Assembly: GCF_963853765.1 (NCBI RefSeq)
Contig: NC_088856.1
Span: 35,402,001 to 35,466,000, forward strand
Direction of reading: 5' to 3'
Source of the DNA: Magallana gigas
Taxonomy: Eukaryota
Length of the DNA: 64,000 bases
The position numbers and the translations under genes are program-made. Every line of letters starts with the position of its first letter. The first letter of the stretch is position 1. The notes beneath the pieces are model-generated. The model searched no databases. It saw only the letters and a program-made list of their open reading frames with translations, and was not told where the DNA came from. Positions 28,081 through 39,145 of the stretch are shown one piece after another.

Positions 28081-30356
28081 TTACAATCATGCAGAGAAAT
28101 GGAAAAGTTATTTTTCTCTAATAGCACATACTAATTTAAAAAACGAAATGAATTACATATCAGCGAATTGTTTTGCGCGGCTCAATTCAATAGAAGTGTG
28201 TGCACTGCCATAGCAACAGATTTTAAATTAATTAAACACCGATTTTCTTTCGTAATTAGCTTTAGCAGTAAAAGAATAAATAACGTCACAATGATTTATG
28301 CGAAACATCTCCAATAATTGACAAGGTTGGTAAATGATGATTTGATAATTAATTCATCACATTGCGGGTAAAATGTTATTATCTATTGCAATTAACAATC
28401 AAGGAGATTTTGTTGATATATTAACGTTTTCACCGCGACATAAATTACGAACAATAGGAATTCGCTTTTTATTGAAATTTTCCAATAACGTTGATTTATT
28501 TTCTTGACGAAACATAAGAAAGAATTCTGTCAGGGTTATATTCATATTTTTTGGATACTTGCAATATTTGGTCGGTCGAGAAACTGAAATGTTTTCTTGC
28601 ATAATGAGTCAATTTCTGTCAAAATGAGCCCTTACTTTTCCCAATTCATTATATTTATTGGGTTGATCTTTAGAGTGAGTAAAATGTTTACCATTCCGTG
28701 CATGCTTTCATGATATTCAATGCAATTGCTGTCACTCCCCTAACTTAACGTGTTCAGGTGAGAAAACACGTTTACTATATTTGGGCAAACGCTGTGTAAA
28801 TTTTCCTGAGGGAACGGATTTTTTTTTCTTTTATAAGTTGATTTATACAGGAGTCTTTCCAGCTCTTGATCATGACTTTTGTGTGTGTTGTTAATCTGGA
28901 TTGCAAATTGATAATTCTACGAATGATATAAACATCTACCAAAAATAAAATAAAATAGGATTTTCTTTTGCTAAATTGTAATGTACTGCTTCGATGACTT
29001 TAAGAGTGATTGTAAAAATAAAAGATTTGTTTACATTGTAATTAAATATTTTTAGCAAAATGCTATTTACACTGATTGAAGGAAAATTACATCATGTACA
29101 TGTACAAAAAGTGATGCACTTGTGCATTTACACAGTACATAAACGTTAACCTAGAGAAATTCAACGATTTGTCTTTTTAATCAGGGCGGGTTAAAGTTAT
29201 GTGCAACATTATCATAACAGAAAATATTTGTTGCAATTTCAGTTTTTCAACATAAAGCCCAAATCACTTTGGTTATATTAATATCATACCATTTTTAAAT
29301 TCCCATGAGTGTTTTAATATAAACCGTTTTATTTATAAACTTTTGTACACTATATTTCATACGGAATTTGTTGTAAGGTTTTATAATTAGCAGACACAAA
29401 ATCAAATATTTATGGGATAAAGAACTAAGAAAATAAACAAATTGGTAAGTTTATCATTTAATTACATTTAAAATGATAACGAAGACTTCAGTTACAAATC
29501 GAAATTATGCGATAACCAAAGATTTTTGAAATATTTTAAACTATATCTATGGCTGACAAGCGTGAGAAATTCAAATTCAAATTAAAACGCAAAATAGTAG
29601 AGAGAATCGAACATACTTCATTTCAAAAATTTCCCCAAAACATTTTGTGGTTTTTATTTCAGTGTAATTTAAGTACAGGAGACTTAAAAAATATCAAACG
29701 AAAATGAAATAACTGAAGAACCACGTTTTAAATTTAAAAGTCAATTTGACTTTCAGGAAACATCGCACAAATTTTCGTCTGATATTGACAAGCTGTATAG
29801 AATACATTTATTAATATTTACGATCAACTTGTTCATGTCGATGGAATATAATTGCTTAATTAAGACAACGGTTAATGTGTGCGTCTACTAGTATGACAAT
29901 TCTACAGATATACAATAAGATTGTGTCGCAGAAAAAAATTGCTGATCTATGTATGCAGTTATTCTAGCCTTGACATGTATATTGTACCTTTTGAAGGCCA
30001 AATAGAAAAATTAAGTAGGTTCAATTATATATTCATCTTTCTGGGAATTATATAAAATATATGTTATCAACCTATTCATCTTAACGGAAAGACGGAAGTG
30101 GAATAAATTCTTCGATTTGTCGTGCTGTAAATTGCGATAAAATTTTTGATATCGATAATTCTATAATTGATCATGTCTGCTTCGTATAACCTTTTTTATC
30201 AGTGAAATTAAGATGTGTTTTTTTTTTGTATATATCTAAGCGAAAATCTTAATCACGTCAGCTAAATGTCATTGCAATATTTTTTGCGGTGTCATTTCTT
30301 TGTTAAATTGCATGTCTATTATATTCTGATTGTGCAGATAATGATTATTGTTGTAA

Positions 30357-30360
<4 letters not shown>

Positions 30361-30432
<72 letters not shown>
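30361..30432. repeat. (TC)36 microsatellite
   Basis: Direct inspection. Confidence 0.97.
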
Positions 30433-30436
<4 letters not shown>

Positions 30437-30630
30437 CAATATTTCCAAAACAAAATTGTTTTTGTCCTGTATTAATGTCCTTTAATTTACAATTATTTTT
30501 TAAAAATAAAAGATAACCTAACAATTTTTCTAAGTGTTTAAGTTGTTTGGTGTAATATCAAATAATATAGAACTGTGCATATCAAACAGAAATCAAAAAA
30601 TGCAGAATCTAACATCATGCAGAGCTGAAA

Positions 30631-31089
30631 AACTGTAGCTGCTCGAGATAACGGCCCGTCAACCCGAATTTCTCTTGGAGCTATAGTTCTGCATTCCTAA
30701 AAAAAAAATTTCATCATAGAGTAAACTGATAATGATACATGTATTTTTGCTTCGACCGAAGTAAATATGTATCAAAATACATAATTATATAGATAATTAT
30801 ATATATATAGCAACATTATAGAACAATTATTAGTTTCATTACTGTTTCCACTCACACCCAAACTTCTATTCGAATACGGACAGATATCTATACCTTCAGC
30901 CATGATCCGATTATTGACTCACATTATACAGTCTACTGTTATGAAAATTACTTTTAACTGTTTCCATAAAAACAGGTATTTTATCTCGGATTAGCCGTCA
31001 TTAACATGGGAAAAATAGTCTAAGCTAAAATGCAGTAAAAACTGATGACGTCACTGCGATATCCGAAGAGAAAATTCGGATTACTCTAG
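30631..31089. mobile_element. Helitron/Helentron-like non-autonomous element termini
   Basis: Inverted repeat AACTGTAGCT (30631-40) / AGCTATAGTT (30679-88). Hairpin ATCCGAA-gagaaaa-TTCGGAT (31061-81) followed by CTAG (31086-89). The motif at 30663-79 is a near inverted copy of that hairpin. Adjacent to a (CT)n tract. Confidence 0.35.
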
Positions 31090-32181
31090 GTGTATTTTTT
31101 TTTGTTTTATTCTCTTTTTCAAATGCATTCGCTAACATATAATATCTATAGTTTTTCCACATTCAGGGGCAAATAACTTCTATGTTTATCCGATCAAGCA
31201 CTAATATCTTGTATTATATAGTCTAACATTTATTTATAAAAATATCAATTACTGTTTCCATTAAGACGAGTCTTATCCCAGATTAACGGGCATTAACAGA
31301 AAACTTCCAATAATCCGTACTATAAACGTTGCTGCTGCCATAGAAACAGATGTGGCCATCTTATATCAGTACAAATCTCAATTGATACCATCAAAATTCC
31401 GCTGTTTTAATTTAATTTTTCTTTGGGGGGGGGGGGTTGGCTTTTTTTTAAGTGTATAATTTTCATAACTTAATAAGATGAGAACATTCATGTATGTTAA
31501 TGAAAATTGTTTATGTAAAAGATACATGTGTATGTATTGTGCACAGTGTATGTGCAATATACATGTATGTGCAATGAAGTGTGAAGAAGGTCTGTGCAGT
31601 AAAAGTACTTATGACCATTATAAATTCTTGTTTAGCAGAAATATTCAATAAACATTAGATTAATATCAGAAACAGCACACTTACAGAAACTTAAAGTCTG
31701 AGTTTGCAAAAACAGGAACATCAGAACCCCTAGCATTTGCAACCATGGTATGCGATGTCACCATAATTCTAATGTTGTCCTTGTAACGTTTCCAATTTTT
31801 TTTTTATATCGAAGTTTGATTTACAGCTACTTAGTAATTAATCACTGTAATTAATAATATCACGAGGCCTCGAATTCCCTTTCCAGGTGTAAAAATGTAT
31901 ATATAAATATATTTACATTAAACTTTCAGCAATACTGTCGCGTTTTGAATCCCTTAAAATACATTTATCACACCATTGACAGACTGGGTATCATATTGGT
32001 TTCCATCGGTCCACAAAGGGTCCTCTCCTATAAGTTAACGTCTTCTAAATCGTTTCTAAGAATCGGATAATCTTTACGAGAACTTAGCATTACCAGGTGC
32101 AGGCTGTACCTACGGCATTTCTTTGGCTAATGGAAAAATTATCATTAACATGGGCCCTAAATTCATCGTAATTAATGAGAC

Positions 32182-32185
<4 letters not shown>

Positions 32186-32246
<61 letters not shown>

Positions 32247-32277
32247 GACAGATAGACGGACACAGACAGACAGACAG
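32186..32277. repeat. (AG)n microsatellite grading into degenerate (GACA)n
   Basis: Perfect AG run 32186-32242, then ACAGACAGATAGACGGACACAGACAGACAG. Confidence 0.95.
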
Positions 32278-32317
32278 CCGGGGTCAGTCAGGTGATAAAT
32301 TAAAATGCTAAATGAGT

Positions 32318-32385
32318 TGACAAGACAAAAAAATTATTAAAGATAGTTGTTGTGACAAGACAAAAAAGTTATTAAAGATAGTTGT
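32318..32385. repeat. Tandem duplication, 35-bp period
   Basis: TGACAAGACAAAAAA(A/G)TTATTAAAGATAGTTGT at 32318 and 32353, one mismatch. Confidence 0.9.
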
Positions 32386-33089
32386 CGAATTACAAAACCA
32401 TCGTTGCTATATTCTAAATGAAATATAGGTCAGCCCCTGAAAATCCAATTTGACCTATATAATCTATATCGAACGATTTCTTAGACTAGAGGATAATCAT
32501 TGAACCCTTTTATCGAAGATAGGCGTGAACAGAAACTCTTCATTAATCAGCGTTTCTCCCCGAGCATGAGGTGGCGTAATTAATTAATTAACGATGTGAT
32601 TTAGCCTTCTGTTATTAAGACAAATTGGTATTTGAGCGAACGTGAGTTTTGTCTTCAAGTATTCAGTGAATGAAACTATCTGATTGTCAAAGCTTAGGAG
32701 CATCGTCCTCCGTAAATTAGAAAGGATTTGTCATAAACAATTCCGATAACACCCTGAAACCCATCAAGGATGCATCCCGCCACCATCACTCCCAAAGCAA
32801 ACGAGTTTGCCCCCCCCCCCCCCCCCCCCGCCCACTTTAAAAAACGATGATACGTGCCTGCTCCCCTCCCAAACAAACGCTGACTACTAATTTTGATGGT
32901 CTGCACAGAAATAATTGAAAGTCTAAGAAAAGCTATTTGATCTCAGAACGTTCAAGATATTTTGGTCAGTCTTATAAAGATTTGATAAATTTTGAAGTTG
33001 ATAATTAATTTCATCAATTAAATTATTTCTCCATTGTAGAGGATCGGTTGTCGTCAGATATTTTACAACATGAAGACACAGGCCGAAAA

Positions 33090-33290
33090 TGGACACGATT
33101 TACGATGGGATTGTGTGATAATGAATCAGTTTTAAACAAAGAAACGACAACCAGCTTGATTTATGGCGGCCAGACCGCGGTCCGCGTAACAACCCGACAT
33201 TTGATTTGTTGAATTTCAAGCTGACGTCATCTGACTGGGGTAACTCGTTATGGAAGCGCAACCGGAAGTTTAATTATCTGTTTACTTTAC
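33090..33290. promoter_or_regulatory. Candidate developmental enhancer
   Basis: TGATTTATGG (Pbx/Hox-type, 33157-66), TGACGTCA (33222-29), ACCGGAAGT (ETS, 33261-69) and TGTTTAC (Fox, ~33279) within 130 bp of CpG-rich unique sequence. Confidence 0.4.
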
Positions 33291-34913
33291 CGGACCTTCT
33301 TTGCATCCTTGTTACTCGAATTTATTTTAGGATTGTTTTTCGGTTGCAATGACTGTAATTTATCAATCAACTTCAACTCGTATTTGTTCCAGGGCTAGAC
33401 TAAATTTTAAATGCATTTGTTAACGCTGTCGTTGTCTGATCAACAGAACACAGTAGAATGGTGTGTTAAACTCTGTAATTGATTGGGAAAAAAAATTAAA
33501 ACTCAAAACCTGACATTGGAAAACACTATTTTCTTGTCCTATGAAAATTAATCCAATTACATAACAATAATAAATATACGCCTTCAATTTACGTCAGACG
33601 GGGTTTCGTTTTTTGCAAAAACCACTACAAAGATGTCGCTCGGCTGGGAATCCAATTTGTGGTCTTATAAATAAATATAAAATGTCTAAGAATTCCTCAT
33701 GTGGAGAATTCAATGACCTTTTTCAACGCGCTAAAACACGCCATTTTTAGACTATATTTTTGTATCCTCTTTACGGCGGGGAACCCCAACCGAGAATTTC
33801 ATGAATCAGAAGAGGGCCCTAGACGTAACGTTAACTCCAAATCTGAGCATTATTTGCTATGACATTCATGTTTGATGTAAAACAATGGACTATTAATGCC
33901 AGGAGTAAGCGCGCAAAACAATGAAGTAAAGAACACTTAGAAAAGATAATTTCATCAAATAAAGACGTTTGTTGATCAGAGTTTGTTGAAATTAAATTAG
34001 CTCTAACTGTGAAAGGGGTAGGGGGTTTTGTGATCAATGACTTAAAGAGGTCATTGACCAGAGCGGACGCGCTCCATTATTTGTGTTAATGCACAGTGGA
34101 ATCAAATCAAAATTGTCTTTTTGAGTAATGCTGTAGAAACGATTTGCCGATATGTATCAATCACAGTATATATATATGTTTTGTTAAAAAAAAAACAATT
34201 TTTTTTTGTCGCGAGTCCTATATTTAACACATGCCCTCAAATTCAGAAACTGCGTTTTATTTGAATTACTTTTTATTTTGAAAAAATCTTGTATACAGTC
34301 AAGCTTTATTCTTGTTTTTTAAAAATTCTGCTTTTTATTCATAATTTTTATACTCATCCTTTCTTCCTTATACCTATGGTTTTGTTAACGTTAATAGGTA
34401 TTTCTTTCCACTTACTAAGATATATAACACAATTCAAGTGACTGATCAGGATAAGAGAAGCATTCGACATTGCTAATGAATTGATGACATTCAAAATAGA
34501 TAGCTTTGTTACGAGAGAAAAAAAATCATTAATTGTATTTTACAACAACAAAAATTGATCTCGCTAGTCTTGTCTCAAAATAGATGATACTATGTTACAT
34601 CGTAATTAATTCTATAACATTTCAGTTGATGTGTTGACGAAAACCATATTGATGGAATGTGGGACAGTGGCCTTAGATTTAGGTCCCCCATTCATCGTTA
34701 CCGTGGGCCATTCGATGTAGAATTTATATGTCTGCTTGTGTAGGTGTCGAAGATGAATGTCCACATGGTCACGAACAGACCCCTGCCGAAAGGCGAGGGA
34801 CTATGATGGACGCTTGGTAATTATCCTTGGCGAAATGCTTTACTTTCAAAACGCCAGCTCTGACGGAGAAATATGTAGTCGACTCTAAAATTAGATGTGA
34901 TAATGCAATATAC

Positions 34914-34914
<1 letters not shown>

Positions 34915-34944
<30 letters not shown>
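34915..34944. repeat. (TA)n microsatellite, left flank of Penelope fragment
   Basis: Perfect TA run, bracketed by TACGTA on both sides. Confidence 0.95.
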
Positions 34945-34945
<1 letters not shown>

Positions 34946-34950
34946 GTATA

Positions 34951-35258
34951 TTTTAAAACCTAATGCCCCAATGAACTGCAAATCGTCTAATTTGATATAT
35001 TGTGCGACTTGTCCAACATGTGGAGAAAATTATATTGGCCAGACTAACCAGCTCAACGCCCGAGTGAGAGTCCACAAACAACAAATAAAGGACGAAACAG
35101 TGAGAAACACTCCATGTTCGGAACATTTTGCGAAGTGCGGAAAGGGAACATTTAAAATATTTCCGTTTTACAAAATGTGGAATTCAAATGAAATCGCCCG
35201 AACCACAAAAGAGGACTATTTTATTAAAATATTTAACCCGAAACTTAATCGAAAATAG
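34951..35258 (+). pseudogene. GIY-YIG endonuclease remnant of Penelope-like element
   Basis: Translation ...MNCKSSNLIYCATCPTCGENYIGQTNQLNARVRVHKQQI...SEHFAKC...FKIFPFYKM...KEDYFIKIFNPKLN: IY-x-CxxC-x-YIGQT, downstream R and two His (CCHH), and terminal E..F..F.P.LN, typical of Penelope-like endonucleases. No RT domain upstream. The first ~41 aa of the listed ORF (34827-34950) are flank and (TA)n read-through. Confidence 0.85.
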
Positions 35259-35423
35259 ATTTATCATATATATAATTTCTATATGTATTGTATTATATGT
35301 CTATGCATTGCTTAACGGCGTTGATAAAGTTCACGCCATCGCTACCTTGATGTACATTGTGACGTCATAATGAACTTTAAAAACACGACGTCATTGACAA
35401 CGTTACAAACAACGTTTTTAATT

Positions 35424-35474
35424 TTGTATAACTGTCTGAAGAGCCGACATGGCTGAAAGCGCTAACAGTAAACA
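35424..35474 (+). ncRNA. Minimal type I hammerhead ribozyme motif (variant or degenerate)
   Basis: ACTGT (35431-35) / ACAGT (35465-69) stem I, extendable by TTGT/ACAA; CTGAAGA core (35436-42); stem II GCC-gacat-GGC; T + GAAA (35454-58); palindromic AGCGCT in place of stem III; predicted CUA cleavage after 35464. Confidence 0.7.
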
Positions 35475-35549
35475 ATTTATTTAATTTGGACTGTCGCATT
35501 CTGTTTTATTTATTTAAGTAATTTTTGCTGTACCAAGGCTTTATTTATC

Positions 35550-35552
<3 letters not shown>

Positions 35553-35602
<50 letters not shown>
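35553..35602. repeat. (AT)25 microsatellite, right flank of Penelope fragment
   Basis: Perfect AT run. Confidence 0.95.
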
Positions 35603-35606
<4 letters not shown>

Positions 35607-37501
35607 AGGTGACGTGCATATAACTTTTTTTTTTATTTCTAAGAAAAACGGCATTTGAAGAATGCCAAAAACAAAAATACTTGCGGATCGAGATATTTTA
35701 AATTCATTTCACTGCAGTACTCAGTTACTTCCAAATCTATGATCAGGATCAAAGCCAGGTACAAGAACTTCTAATGGTATCATTTGCAATTAAATTGAAA
35801 TATGTCGCTGAAGGGATTTTCCTCTAACATGTCTGGAACATTAACCCATATTTGAATGACCTTAAAAATCTATCCGAAGAAAACACACAGCCTTAAAGCC
35901 TTAATAATTATCAGTTTGAGACTTTGTTTTCTATTTTCATAAATTTCTTGGAAATGTTGCAAGGAATTCAGAATTTATTATGCTTCCATGTCTTTATGTC
36001 ACAGTGGAAAAAAGAATCATATAAATGGCAATGTCTATACCTTACGTGAGAAAAATGAATAACCAAAATAAATACTAGTATTTACATATTTAATAATAAT
36101 ATAAAATAACTCTGACAGATGTTGCATAAATAGAATATGTATAGTGCCGTATACGTAGTTTGTTGATTACTGATCCAGTTTTCATTAATGCATACCAATC
36201 AAATTCTTATAAACATTCAAAGAAGCCAAACGTTTATTTGGAAATTTGAATTGAACTTCAGATATTTAACCATTAGCTAACAATTTTCTTGTAAAATTTA
36301 AGAGAAAAGTGTCAAGTTTTTAAGTAATTATATTCTTCACTCATTTTTTATTGTTTTGCATTGTTACATGTAAGTAATTGAAAGATTATCATTTTACATG
36401 CCTTTCAACAAATCTTATAGTTATCAAAATTGTAATACCAGATTCATCAAAAACTGACGTAGAGAAAAAAACCCAAATGAATGGGTGTGTGAAGAAAGAA
36501 ATACCTTTTAATAAAAAAAAAAATCTGTTTTATTAATGCAGTTTGTAATAAAATAATCCAACCGCTTAAGCGCATCATCTTTCTATGAACGTTAATGAAA
36601 GCTGAAGATGAAAGCTAAAAGTCGAACCTGGCCTATACGGAACATGCCATTGCGCTCATTCACGCTGGCAAGTAACACCGTATTAAAGGATACATTAATT
36701 TTCATTCAAGTTTTAGAAGGCCGTTTGGTGTCAGAGCTCACGCGCGATGTAGCCCCTTGGGGAGGAACACCCACATCTCGTCACAATCGTTACCCATCAT
36801 CACTATATCGTCTTGTCCTCCTCCAACACGAAATAGCAATAGTTGAAGACGAACAGTTGGGATTCATTCGAATATGAATCAGAAACAAGGGCAGATGCCC
36901 ATAAAAATCACACGTTAGAAGGGTGTGATTAAACCCTTGACAATGCGATGAGAACGTCTTTGATCTCTGCAGTTGTTTGTTGCATTCCTCGGGGAGAAAT
37001 ATCAGAAATCATTCATAAATATTGTCGACTCTTTCAGTTTCTCGTGAGTGAACATTTTATCTAGCGGATACACTAGAAACCACATCCCATCATCATCTCT
37101 AAATTTAGTAAACCGATTTAATGTTACATTAATATTTTTAATTTTATTTTTTTGTATTTCATAGATACATTTGCGTATTTTCTTCCATTCTGTAAGGTCA
37201 GACAGTTCTATTGCATAACTAGTTATAAGCTTGCACGAAATCTTAGTACAATGTTTTTTTCATTTTTTCGATCGATTTTTTAGTATAGTTTATTGAATAA
37301 ACATGTCGTAGAGATGGTATTAGTAACAAAAAGGAAATTAGTATTTATTACACTAGTAGAAGAAGCAGTTGTAATAGTACTAGTACTAGTGGTGCATGTA
37401 GTATTAGTACAACATGCAATATAAGTAAAATGTGGTAGTAGTTGGGGATTAGTGGATCATAAATATTTTTAGTTAGTAACATTATACATGTAGCGCATAT
37501 T

Positions 37502-37683
37502 NNNNNNNNNNNNNNNNNNNNNNNNNNNNNNNNNNNNNNNNNNNNNNNNNNNNNNNNNNNNNNNNNNNNNNNNNNNNNNNNNNNNNNNNNNNNNNNNNNN
37601 NNNNNNNNNNNNNNNNNNNNNNNNNNNNNNNNNNNNNNNNNNNNNNNNNNNNNNNNNNNNNNNNNNNNNNNNNNNNNNNNNNN
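37502..37683. other. Assembly gap (182 N) within a degenerate (AGT/TAG)n-rich tract
   Basis: N run; flanks 37320-37800 are rich in TAGTA/AGT units. Confidence 1.
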
Positions 37684-39080
37684 ACTTGTTCAAAAAGAGA
37701 TTATATTAGCACTGGTATTAGGTAATTAAATATGAAAAAAGCAATAATTAAGTACATGTAGTTAGTATATATTGTTCGTTGGTAATATATTAAGGTAGAA
37801 TTCGAATCAAAAGTAATATCTGTCGTAATTGTTCTAATTTAAAAAAAACCACAGCGCTAGTAACCGCCAAACAAAATCATGTTAAACGAAAATTGTGTTT
37901 GAAGTAGTGGACATCTGAAGACTTACTATTTGTTGTATAAGTAAAAGTGACTCGAAGTTTTAAAAAAAGAGAAGTCAATCGAAGGATTTAAATTTGCGAA
38001 TAATAAATTTTCTTTGGGTAAATTAATGACCAACTTTCGTAAGTTAAAGGATTTCCTGTATGTCCAAAACGTTTTTAGGGTGTAACTTTAAAAACAAAAC
38101 AATGTAGTTTTTGTTTTAAAAGGGCCGGTAACGCCTTTCTCGCAAGTTTCCTTCTTATTTTGTCAGTATCTTTGATATAAAATGAGGTCATCAGATGATT
38201 TAACAGGGCGTACATAGTAGAAACAAATATCTTATTGCATTGCATAGAAAATGTCAAATTAATCAACTGTTTGACATATACATCAGGATTTTTTTTATCA
38301 ATATACCGCATCCTAAAAGTATATAATTTTTTTAAACTAAACAAGAAAATTACACTTTATGAATGAAATAAAAATTATGAAACAATCCTGGTTGTTTGAG
38401 GGAAAAACCCGCAAACAAAGCATATCTTTTCGTATCAAGTAATAAACTCAAAGTCCTTCCTTATGTTTTTACTGTATTTCTGTGATTATTAAACGCTTTT
38501 TCTAGGCATAGTAGATGAAAAAGACTGCAAATATTGTATGCTTAACGATGCTTGGCACATTTTCTCTCAATAGCTTCTGCTTGCGGAGCCTTTGGCCAGT
38601 TCTATACATCACTGGCTGGTTATTCAAAAAGAGGAATTCCAAGACATATCCCTTTACCGTTAGCATATAAACAGGAAGATCAAGTCATGATTGCTGCTCA
38701 GTTTTTTACCTCCGTGGGCAAAAGAGTCACGGTAGTTTGAGACGGGTGCAGGTCGTAAACTCTACTATACTGGAGACAGTGTGTGACAATGCTGATATAT
38801 GCTGGCCACCTACGGTTCCGAGTTTGAACTCCTACCCGTGAAAAACATTGCACTTTTGTCATGAGCGTACAATAAAATGCCTCACACACGAAGGTCTAGA
38901 ACCCAATTATGGAAATAAATTTATGATTCAAATATTTATGGATGACAAATTGGTCGTCGTGGACGAACGTCCTTGTTAAAGCTTTGACGCCATGCAAGGC
39001 TCAAGGTGCTTTATGATATTGTAACTCAACAGATATAACACTTTATAACGGGTTGCATCAGGAAAGTGAACATCACTTCA

Positions 39081-39084
<4 letters not shown>

Positions 39085-39139
<55 letters not shown>
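39085..39139. repeat. (GA)n microsatellite
   Basis: Direct inspection. Confidence 0.97.

Positions 39140-39145
<6 letters not shown>

Larger units (their letters stand above)
34951..35552 (+). mobile_element. 5'-truncated Penelope-like retroelement (EN C-terminus plus 3' UTR/pLTR-like region)
   Basis: Encodes a GIY-YIG domain of the Penelope type. It is followed by an AT-rich 3' region containing a hammerhead motif (35431-35469) and is bounded on both sides by (TA)n tracts. Boundaries are set by those tracts. Confidence 0.85.

Noticed and set aside
34661-34850. Possible second SINE, with GNRA hairpin CCCT-GCC-GAAA-GGC-G-AGGG (34781-99) considered as a ribozyme part
   Set aside because: A and B boxes are too degenerate to support a SINE from sequence alone, and there is no CUGANGA or other ribozyme core nearby.
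34827-34950. N-terminal part of the 143-aa ORF
   Set aside because: Read-through from flank and (TA)n (starts at TTG); only the part from ~34951 is Penelope-derived.
38660-38915. Possible old SINE-like repeat
   Set aside because: Only a vague B-box-like word (GTTTGAGAC); no defensible boundaries.
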